Shown piece after piece: positions 55,217 through 64,000 of a stretch of DNA of 64,000 bases. This stretch comes from Gammaproteobacteria bacterium (GTDB taxonomy: Bacteria > Pseudomonadota > Gammaproteobacteria > Eutrophobiales > Eutrophobiaceae). Below the pieces are notes generated by a model. It was not told the origin of the DNA and did not search any database. It saw nothing but the letters and a program-made list of their open reading frames with translations. The position numbers were made by a program, and so were the translations under genes. Where the stretch lies: positions 640,001 to 704,000 of the forward strand of contig CAXMWX010000005.1 in NCBI GenBank assembly GCA_963422205.2, in the 5' to 3' direction. Positions within the stretch are counted from its first letter, which is position 1, and every line of letters starts with the position of its first letter.

Positions 55217-56274
55217 ATGAGCAGGCTCTGGAGTCCGGCAGTGAGGAGGCTGACACCCTATACAGCCGGCGAACAACCGCAGGATGATGGCGGTATTAAA
55301 TTAAACAGCAACGAAAACCCGTGGCCACCCTCGCCGCTGGTGATTGCACGCCTGAAACAGGCGATGGATACAGGTTTGCAGCGTTACCCTGATCCAGACA
55401 GCAGGGCGTTACGGGAGAAGCTGGCCGCCTACCATGATCTCTCGCCTGAGAATATCTTTGTCGGCAACGGCTCAGATGAGGTGCTGGCACATGCGTTCAA
55501 GGCATTTTTTCAACAGCCGCTGCCTATCTATTTCCCGGACATAAGTTACAGTTTCTATCCGGTATTCTGCCAGTATTTTGCGATCAATTACCGGACACTG
55601 GCGGTGAATGCGGCGTTGCAAATCGAACCAGAGGCGTACCCGGAAAAAAACGGCGGGGTGATTTTCCCCAACCCGAACGCCCCTACCGGACACTATCTTG
55701 ACACCGAGAGGCTGGTGGGGTTACTGGAGCGCAACACAGATTCTGTCATCATTATTGATGAGGCGTATATCGACTTTGCCCCACAATCCGCACTGCCCTT
55801 GTGCAGGCAATTTAACAATCTGCTGATCACGCAAACGCTGTCAAAATCCCGCTCCCTGGCAGGTATGCGTATCGGTTTTGCCGCGGGCGATCGAAAGCTC
55901 ATCACCGCACTACAGCGGGTGAAAAATTCTTTTAACTCCTATCCGCTGGACCGGCTGGCGAGCATCGCCGCCATAGCGGCTTATGAGGATGAGGCGTATT
56001 TTCGCCAGCGTTGCCATCACATTATTCAGACCCGGGACTGGACAATGACACAATTAACACAACTGGGTTTTAACGTTCGCCCGTCACACGCCAACTTCAT
56101 CCTTGCCCAGCCGCGGGCTTGAGCGCAAAGGATTACTACCTGGCACTGAAAGCGCTGGGGATCCTGGTACGTTATTTTGACAACGAGCGCATCAACAACT
56201 ATGTGCGGATAACCATCGGCACACCCGAGCAGATGCAGACACTGATTACCGCCAGCCAGCAGGTGCTAAGTTAA
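55217..56274 (+). CDS. hisC: Histidinol-phosphate aminotransferase (1-nt deletion near 56113)
   Basis: KLNSNENP, YPD, GNGSDE, NPNAPTG, DEAYIDF, TLSKSRSLAGMRIG; the other frame continues ILVRYF...VRITIGT to TAA at 56272-56274. Confidence 0.9.
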
Positions 56275-56374
56275 GCCCGCGCAACCTTGCACAAAATCGC
56301 TATCTGCCACAAACAGACGAATGCCCTGCAAGCCGCCTTGACTGCCCCTTTTAAGTTGACAGGCGATACCCGGC

Positions 56375-57679
56375 TCAGTCTTTGGTGATTCTCAATGCCG
56401 CCGCACCCGCATGGGCAAATAACCCCTCGGCCCTGGCTACCAGCACCGCCGTACCGGCAAGCCGGGATGCAGAACTCTTGCTGCATTTTATGAGTGAGGT
56501 GCGCTTCTGAAAATCATATACCCCCAGCGGCGATGAGAAACGGGCGGTCCTGCCCGTGGGCAAGACATGATTCGGGCCGGCGCAGTAATCACCCAGAACC
56601 TCAGCAGCATAATGCCCCAGAAACATCGCCCCGGCATGGCGTATGTTCCCTGCCAGCCTGTCAGGGTCGGCAACCGCCAACTGCAAATGCTCCGGGGCGA
56701 TCTGATTGGCCACCTGTGCCGCCATCTCCAGGTCGGCCACCTGAATCAAGGCGCCGTTATTCTCAAGTGAGGCCACAATCACAGCCCGCCGGGGCATGGT
56801 CACTAACCGCTGGTCAATGCACTGCTGCACGTTATCAATGATAGCGGCATCCGTGCTGATCAGAATCGCTCTGGCGTCCTCATCGTGCTCGGCCTGGGCA
56901 AGCAAATCCATCGCCAGCCAGTCCGGATCAGCACTGGCATCCGCAATGATGACCACCTCTGATGGCCCGGCGATCATATCAATCCCCACCATGCCAAATA
57001 CCAGCCGCTTCGCTGTCGCCACATAATGATTCCCGGGGCCGACGATCTTGTCAACCGCCGGCACTGTGGCAGTACCAAACGCCAGTGCCGCCACCGCCTG
57101 TGCGCCGCCGATGGAGAAACCATAATCCACGCCAGCAATATGTGCCGCCGCCAGTACTACGGGATTCAACTCCCCTTGCCGTGCCGGCACCACCATCACG
57201 ACCTCATCCACACCAGCCACCCTGGCCGGTACGGTATTCATGATGACCGAGGAGGGATAGGCCGCTTTACCACCAGGGACATAGATACCGACTTTGTCCA
57301 TAGCCATCATCTGCTGACCTAACACCGAGCCATCGGCATCCTCATAGCGCCAGGATTGCTGTCGCTGATGCTCATGGTAGGCAGATACCCGGTCATTGGC
57401 TTGTTGCAGAGCGGCGCGCAATTCTGCCGGTATCTTATCAGCAGCCTCAGCCATCGCCTCTGCCGAGATCCGAATATCGTCAATCGTCACCTTGCGTTGA
57501 TCAAGGCGCCGGGTATAATCCAGCAAGGCCACATCGCCCCTCTCCTGCACATCCTTGAGAATCGTGGTCACCGTTTTAGTTATCTCCGGGTCAAGCCACT
57601 GATTGCAGGCAAACAGCCCCTGTAACTGCTGATCGAAATCAGCATCGGTGTGCGTCAGTCGTTGCAACGCCAGCATCAA
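56375..57679 (-). CDS. hisD: Histidinol dehydrogenase
   Basis: YVPGGKA.YPSSV, GGAQA, GPGN, DMIAGPSE, QAEHD, APEHL, GPNHVLPT. Confidence 0.97.
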   Translation of the reverse strand: MMLALQRLTHTDADFDQQLQGLFACNQWLDPEITKTVTTILKDVQERGDVALLDYTRRLDQRKVTIDDIRISAEAMAEAADKIPAELRAALQQANDRVSAYHEHQRQQSWRYEDADGSVLGQQMMAMDKVGIYVPGGKAAYPSSVIMNTVPARVAGVDEVVMVVPARQGELNPVVLAAAHIAGVDYGFSIGGAQAVAALAFGTATVPAVDKIVGPGNHYVATAKRLVFGMVGIDMIAGPSEVVIIADASADPDWLAMDLLAQAEHDEDARAILISTDAAIIDNVQQCIDQRLVTMPRRAVIVASLENNGALIQVADLEMAAQVANQIAPEHLQLAVADPDRLAGNIRHAGAMFLGHYAAEVLGDYCAGPNHVLPTGRTARFSSPLGVYDFQKRTSLIKCSKSSASRLAGTAVLVARAEGLFAHAGAAALRITKD

Positions 57680-58305
57680 TCAATCACCTCCTCTAACGCC
57701 TTTAGCAAAGGAGCAATCGCATCATGCTTCATCTTCATGGCGGCTTTGTTGACGATCAACCGGGAGCTGATTGCAGCGATCGTGGCCAGCGGCACCAGAT
57801 CATTCGCCGCCAGGGTATTGCCGGTATCGACCAGATCGACAATCTGATCGGCCAGGCCCAGCAAGGGTGCCAACTCCATGGCGCCATACAGCTTAATGAT
57901 CTCTACCTGCCTGCCCTGCCGGGCAAAATATTTTCTCGTCGTTGTTACATATTTGGTCGCTATCTTCAAGCGGCCGTTAGTGACAGACCTGTCCTTCGGG
58001 CCAGCCAGCACCAGCCGACATTGGGCAATCTTCAGATCAACCGGCTCATAGACATGTTCACTCGGATTCTCCAGTAACACATCCCGGCCGGCGATGCCGA
58101 GATCAGCACCGCCTTTTTCAACATAGGTCGGGACATCGGCGGCACGCACAATCACCAGGGTGATATCTGGCCGGTTGGTTGCCAAAATCAGCCGTCGCGG
58201 CGCCCCTGGATCGTCCACCGGGCGAATGGCAATCCTCTCCAGCAAGGGCAGGGAGTCTTCCAGTATGCGCCCTTTGGAAATGGCGATGGTGATAGGTTGT
58301 GTCAT
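57676..58305 (-). CDS. hisG: ATP phosphoribosyltransferase, short form (HisZ-dependent)
   Basis: IAISKGRI, DVPTYV, IATKY, KLYG.MELAP, IVDLVDTGNTL; 209 aa with no C-terminal regulatory domain. Confidence 0.95.
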   Translation of the reverse strand: MTQPITIAISKGRILEDSLPLLERIAIRPVDDPGAPRRLILATNRPDITLVIVRAADVPTYVEKGGADLGIAGRDVLLENPSEHVYEPVDLKIAQCRLVLAGPKDRSVTNGRLKIATKYVTTTRKYFARQGRQVEIIKLYGAMELAPLLGLADQIVDLVDTGNTLAANDLVPLATIAAISSRLIVNKAAMKMKHDAIAPLLKALEEVID

Positions 58306-58332
58306 GGCTTTACTCAGGCGGGGCAGGCTGTT

Positions 58333-59604
<1,272 letters not shown>

Positions 59605-59859
59605 CTAGCCTAATCGCAGGGATTTTTTCTCCTCCCACTGCCGAGGGGTAAAGGTCTGCATGGACAAGGCATGTATCTCCTGACCCATTTTATCGCCCAA
59701 GGCGGCATAGACGATCTGGTGTTGCTGCACCCTGGACTTGCCGGCAAATTGCTCGCTGACAATCACGGCATCGAAATGGGTCCCATCATCACTCTGCACG
59801 TCAGCCACACAGCCGGGAATGGCGGCCACGAGCATTGCTTCAATGTCATTGGTCTGCAT
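59605..59859 (-). CDS. ibaG: BolA-family protein (IbaG-like)
   Basis: DGTHF, F.GKSRVQQHQ.VY..L, IHALS; immediately upstream of murA. Confidence 0.88.
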   Translation of the reverse strand: MQTNDIEAMLVAAIPGCVADVQSDDGTHFDAVIVSEQFAGKSRVQQHQIVYAALGDKMGQEIHALSMQTFTPRQWEEKKSLRLG

Positions 59860-59992
59860 GTGTATTCACCTTAGGAAATGGATGGGAAAGTCAGCCCCCC
59901 AGGATAGCGCATCGGATAGCACATCATCATCCCAATCCCCAGGCGGTTAGCGGGAGATGATGCCGGAATTGCGAAGAGAAATTTCAGTAAAA

Positions 59993-60637
59993 CTAATCGA
60001 GCACGGTCTTGGCCAGATTTGCGTTTTTCTCGACCAGCTTCTGGATTAACGAATCAATGCCGTTATTGTTTACCTCCGAGGCGAATGACTGCCGATAGGT
60101 CTTGACCAGATTCACGCCCTGAAATGCCACATTGATCACCCGCCAGTTGCCCGCACTTGGATGCAGCCAGTAATCCACCGGGGTTGCCAGGCCACCGTTA
60201 GCCGAGATGATCTCGGTCTTCACCTTGACGATGCTGGAATTCGGGTTGGAGATGGTTTCGACATAGTTAATGGTCTCATCTGAGTAACCCAGCAGGGCCT
60301 TGGCATAGGTACGCACCAACAGGCTGGTGAACTGACTGGTAAAATCGGCATGTTGTTGGGCCGAGCTGTTTTTCCAAGTGTTTTTACCTAACACGGCCTT
60401 CGACATAAACTCAAAATCAAAGTTGGGCAGGATCAACTCATCAATAACATCATAGATCTTCTCAGGCTGGGCAGCCAGCAGGCCCTGCTCCCGCTTCACA
60501 CGCTCAATAACCCCCTGCACCGTCCCGGTAACGACTTCATGAGGTTCTCTGGCATGCGGCTCTTCGACGGCCGCCAGGGGCGCAGCCGCTATTAAGGATA
60601 TGGACAACAGGGTCACTATCACGGCCCGAACATTCAT
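59993..60637 (-). CDS. mlaC: MlaC/Ttg2D (HpnM-like) periplasmic lipid-binding protein
   Basis: Signal peptide; P.FDF..MS..VLG..W, F..LLVRTY, VDY, WRV.NV..GV.LV..YR.SF, GID.LI..L. Confidence 0.85.
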   Translation of the reverse strand: MNVRAVIVTLLSISLIAAAPLAAVEEPHAREPHEVVTGTVQGVIERVKREQGLLAAQPEKIYDVIDELILPNFDFEFMSKAVLGKNTWKNSSAQQHADFTSQFTSLLVRTYAKALLGYSDETINYVETISNPNSSIVKVKTEIISANGGLATPVDYWLHPSAGNWRVINVAFQGVNLVKTYRQSFASEVNNNGIDSLIQKLVEKNANLAKTVLD

Positions 60638-60809
60638 AGTCTATACTCTCCTTGGGGTTAAAAACGCCAATGCCACGGCTAACGGGTGGGCATTTTACCG
60701 ATAGACATGGCATCAAGACAAGCGTTTCCGGCATAAAAGTTCCGCCCAAAGCGCACCATGCCGACTGCATCTATAACCATCATCAGCAGATACTTTGCAA
60801 ACCTCAGGA

Positions 60810-63305
60810 TCAAAATGGCCGCCAAAGCAGGAGCAGCCGGGGTAACAGGGTCAGGGCGGCCAGCAAGGCAATAAACATGGCCAGGGCGGTCAGCAGGCCG
60901 AAGTAAATCGTCGGAATAAAGTTCGACATCACCAGGATAGAGAAACCGATAATGATGGTAATAGCGGTGTAGAAAACCGCCCGACCGATATTGGCATGGC
61001 AGTAGTACATGGTTTTGACATAGTCCTGCCGCTTGCCGTATTCCTCTCTGAAACGATAGATATAATGGATGCTGTTATCAACGGCGATGCCGATGGTGAT
61101 GGCGGCAATGGTGATTGTCATCATATCCAGCGGGATATTAAGCAGGCCCATCAGCCCAAGGATGATCGCCGCCGCCAGCATGTTCGGAATGATACCGATG
61201 ATCGCCAGGGAGATGGAGCGGAACAAGATAACCAGCATCAAGGCGATACCCGCCATGACCAGGCCTAAGGTTTCGATTTGTGATGAGAACAGGCTCTGCA
61301 ACATGTTATTGTACAACACCATCATGCCACTGATTTGAAACTCATCCGGCCCCAAGCCAAGTTCATGTTCAAGATCATAACGTATCTGCTCCAGCAGTTG
61401 TTTACGCCTGAGATCAGGCAGGGAATCCAGTATACGCAGGCTGATCCGTGCTTCATTATTCTCAATGGAGATATAGGGCGTAATGGTGCTGGCCTTGATC
61501 TCATCCGGCATCTTTTTATTGATGACACCTAACTCAAAGGCATCAAAGGCCACGCCTTCGTTTAACTCTTCGGCCAATCGCAACACATTCGCCAGCGACT
61601 GCACCTTGCCCACCGCTTCAAGCCCGTCAAGGTAATCATGCACGGACTTAATGCGATCGATCTTAAATTCCGTAAACCAGGCATCGGCCGGGTCTTCAGG
61701 CTCCTCATCGAACGTGCCAAACAAATCATCTATATCGGAGAACTCATCATCACCACCCTCTGCTGGCTGTGCATCGACAACAGCAGGCCGATGCTCTGAG
61801 TCAAAGTTGATGATGATATCCAGCGGTGTCGTACCGCCCAGCTTCTCATCGATAATTTTCAGGCCCTGGTAGATTTCCGTATCCTTGCTGAAATAATTAA
61901 TAAAACTGTTCTCCACGATCAAACGGCTTATCCCGTAAGCACTGACAACAGCCAGCAGCAGGGCGGCCACCAGCACTTTATTGCCGTGTCTCTCGGTCAG
62001 ACCTGCCAGCACCGCGGTGAACGGCACGGTTTCACTCTCATGCACTTTGGTCTGTTTATCAAACAGGGCCAGCACCGCGGGAAAAACAATAAACGAGGTC
62101 AGGAAGATAACCGCCAGCCCAAGGGTCATCATCCAGCCAAAATCAATCACCGGTTTGATATCGCTGACCACCAGGGAGCCAAAACCTATCATGGTGGTCA
62201 ATGCGGTATACAGGCAAGGCAGGGCCATTTTCTGCGTGGTGTTCAAGACCAGCTGATGTTGCGACATGTCGGGAAAATCACGGCACAACTGGCGGTAACG
62301 CACGATCAGATGCACATTCATGGACATGGTCAAGATCAGCATCAACGAAATAAAATTCGATGAGATGACCGTCACCGGCCGGCCAGCCAGCCCCAGAATA
62401 CCCAGCATGACAGTCACAGCGAACAGGCAGCTTAACAGCGGCAGCAAGACAAATCGGGGCTGGCGAAACACGATCGACAACATGAACACCAAAAAGACAA
62501 ACACACCGGCACCAAACATCGCCAGATCATTTTTAATGAAGGTGATCATGTCATCGGCGATCATCGGTACGCCGCCAAGATAAAGCTCGCCAGAACTTTG
62601 ATAGCGCGCAATGATCGCCCTTATCTGCTCAATATTGCTGTGATTCTCCTTGTCCGCCTGTTGTTTTAATTCATTGTATTGCAGCAGGATATCCGGCAAC
62701 TCGCTGTGCTCTGCCGCCGTCAAACCGTCAAGATTGCGCTTGATCAGCAAGCTGTTTTTCTTTTTCTGTAATTCTGCGAACTCCTCTCTCGGCCGCAGAT
62801 TGATCAACAAGGCGGTGGCATCGCCAGCAGCACTGATGATCAGATCCTTAAAGATCGGGCTGGTGATTAATTCCTCTCTGGCCTTGCCCCTGTCAACAGT
62901 CGGGTCATCCAGCGTGCGGTAGTTCTCAACAATCTCAGACAAGCTGCCACCGACTATCTTCACCAGCGGCACATCCAGCAGGGAGACCACGGACTCGACA
63001 TGGTCCAGCTGGCTTAACTCCTCTCTCAAGCTGGCGATGACATGCAGCGATTCTGGCGAGAACAGATCCGCATCCGGCACAAAGACCACAAACAAAAATT
63101 CCCGGGTGTCATAACGCTCGTTCAAATCTCGAAAAACCCGCAGATCATCATCGCTTTCCAGGATCAGCGAATCTGCCGAGGCATCCAGCCGAAAGTGCTG
63201 GCCGAAATAGGCCATGCTGGCAAATAGCAACACCACCACAAACAAGGTGAGCGTCGGCCTGATGAGAATAATGCGGGCGTAAATTTCAGCAAGGCGGGTC
63301 GGCAT
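60810..63305 (-). CDS. MMPL-family RND inner-membrane transporter
   Basis: Two halves, each with one TM, a large periplasmic loop and about five TMs; LDASADSL, GVPMI..D, TT.IGFGSL, LGGTTPLD, GIAVDNSIHY, GFSILV.S.F.P...FG.LT. Confidence 0.88.
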   Translation of the reverse strand: MPTRLAEIYARIILIRPTLTLFVVVLLFASMAYFGQHFRLDASADSLILESDDDLRVFRDLNERYDTREFLFVVFVPDADLFSPESLHVIASLREELSQLDHVESVVSLLDVPLVKIVGGSLSEIVENYRTLDDPTVDRGKAREELITSPIFKDLIISAAGDATALLINLRPREEFAELQKKKNSLLIKRNLDGLTAAEHSELPDILLQYNELKQQADKENHSNIEQIRAIIARYQSSGELYLGGVPMIADDMITFIKNDLAMFGAGVFVFLVFMLSIVFRQPRFVLLPLLSCLFAVTVMLGILGLAGRPVTVISSNFISLMLILTMSMNVHLIVRYRQLCRDFPDMSQHQLVLNTTQKMALPCLYTALTTMIGFGSLVVSDIKPVIDFGWMMTLGLAVIFLTSFIVFPAVLALFDKQTKVHESETVPFTAVLAGLTERHGNKVLVAALLLAVVSAYGISRLIVENSFINYFSKDTEIYQGLKIIDEKLGGTTPLDIIINFDSEHRPAVVDAQPAEGGDDEFSDIDDLFGTFDEEPEDPADAWFTEFKIDRIKSVHDYLDGLEAVGKVQSLANVLRLAEELNEGVAFDAFELGVINKKMPDEIKASTITPYISIENNEARISLRILDSLPDLRRKQLLEQIRYDLEHELGLGPDEFQISGMMVLYNNMLQSLFSSQIETLGLVMAGIALMLVILFRSISLAIIGIIPNMLAAAIILGLMGLLNIPLDMMTITIAAITIGIAVDNSIHYIYRFREEYGKRQDYVKTMYYCHANIGRAVFYTAITIIIGFSILVMSNFIPTIYFGLLTALAMFIALLAALTLLPRLLLLWRPF

Positions 63306-63403
63306 AATGGCTGTCTCTAACTATCATCAGCGACATCGGGGGAACGTGCCTGACAGTTTTTGTTTCTCAAAGTACAGTTATTTTTCTTAACATGGCGCTT
63401 GTA

Positions 63404-63418
63404 TGATAAACTTTATCG
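63404..63418. promoter_or_regulatory. AT-rich palindrome, possible Fur-family operator
   Basis: tGATAAA-c-TTTATCg in the divergent MMPL/DUF4399 promoter region; 11 of 14 match to TGATAATnATTATCA. Confidence 0.35.
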
Positions 63419-63461
63419 TGAAAAAATTAAATTTAACATTAAGCTCAAGATCAAGTCACTG

Positions 63462-63905
63462 ATGATATATCACACGCTGCTCCGTGTTGCCCTGCTGCTG
63501 CTCTTGCCCGCCAGCCTGACAAATAGCCTGGCAGATAGCACGGCAGGAGCGGGGCGTCCGGCCCCGGCAGAGGCAGCCGTGTATTTTATCTCGCCTGTGG
63601 ATGGTGCCATCGTAACCAGTCCGGTACTTATCCAGTTCGGACTGAAAAACATGGGCATCGCCCCGGCCGGCATACAGATGCCGGAGACCGGGCATCACCA
63701 CCTGCTGATCAACACCCCCCTGCCTGCACTCAACCAACCGATACCCAGCGATGATAAACACCGTCACTTTGGCAAGGGTCAGACGGAGGCTGGCATCGAA
63801 CTGCCCCCCGGTGAACACCGGCTACAGCTCCTGTTGGGCGATTTCGCCCACATACCGCACACCCCGCCGGTCATGTCCGAGGTGATCACTATTACGGTGG
63901 AATAA
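63462..63905 (+). CDS. DUF4399 secreted His-rich protein
   Basis: Signal peptide from MIYHTLL; VYFISP.DG, FGL..M, TGHHHLLI, HFGKGQTE, LPPGEH.LQLLLGD..H.PH. Confidence 0.85.
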   Translation: MIYHTLLRVALLLLLPASLTNSLADSTAGAGRPAPAEAAVYFISPVDGAIVTSPVLIQFGLKNMGIAPAGIQMPETGHHHLLINTPLPALNQPIPSDDKHRHFGKGQTEAGIELPPGEHRLQLLLGDFAHIPHTPPVMSEVITITVE

Positions 63906-63916
63906 GTACACTGTAC

Positions 63917-64000
63917 TTAATCAACAGGCAGGACAATCTCGCCCGCAACAATCCCGGCCACCGTGCTGACATACAAGCGGTGTTCCTGCCGCTGCACCCG
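63917..64000 (-). CDS. C-terminal end of an unidentified gene entering from the right edge
   Basis: Open frame RVQRQEHRLYVSTVAGIVAGEIVLPVD-TAA converging on DUF4399; too short to identify. Confidence 0.35.
   Translation of the reverse strand, partial: RVQRQEHRLYVSTVAGIVAGEIVLPVD

Noticed and set aside
56105-56125. hisC as a true pseudogene
   Set aside because: Single missing base with a fully conserved downstream C-terminus and intact hisG/hisD; probably a sequencing error, though reads are needed to be sure.
59860-59992. mlaB remnant or small ORF between mlaC and bolA, with a GGATAGC(G/A)CATC dimer
   Set aside because: Too short, no STAS-like motif readable, and the repeat is only two 12-mers.

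Overview
Core-chromosome segment of a non-enteric gammaproteobacterium. In order: pilR-pilS-PP0621; sucCD-nadE; bamD / rluD-pgeF-[gdhA-fic]-clpB; pilBCD-coaE; mutT-argJ-secA-M23 / dciA; lpxC and a full dcw cluster (ftsZ to mraZ) with its sigma70 promoter and MraZ boxes; RNase P RNA; rsmI / lpoA-yraN-gmhA(diaA)-dolP; sspBA-petCBA; degS-hisC; hisD-hisG-murA-bolA-mlaC-MMPL/RND; DUF4399. I saw no tRNA, rRNA, CRISPR array, transposase or integrase. Five genes (pilR, fic, lpoA, yraN, hisC) are broken by small indels that look like long-read consensus errors. Main departures from the usual layout: (1) an MMPL/RND transporter sits where mlaFED normally precede mlaC-ibaG-murA, and mlaB is absent, a candidate ABC-independent lipid-transport system; (2) a two-gene insert between pgeF and clpB encoding an animal/ciliate-like GDH with an antenna-type insertion and an auto-inhibited class II Fic protein with an unknown C-terminal domain; (3) hisC is inverted and coupled to degS; (4) cytochrome b has two extra C-terminal hydrophobic segments; (5) PilB lacks its tetracysteine Zn motif. 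All calls rest on reading motifs and gene order by eye; no searches were run.
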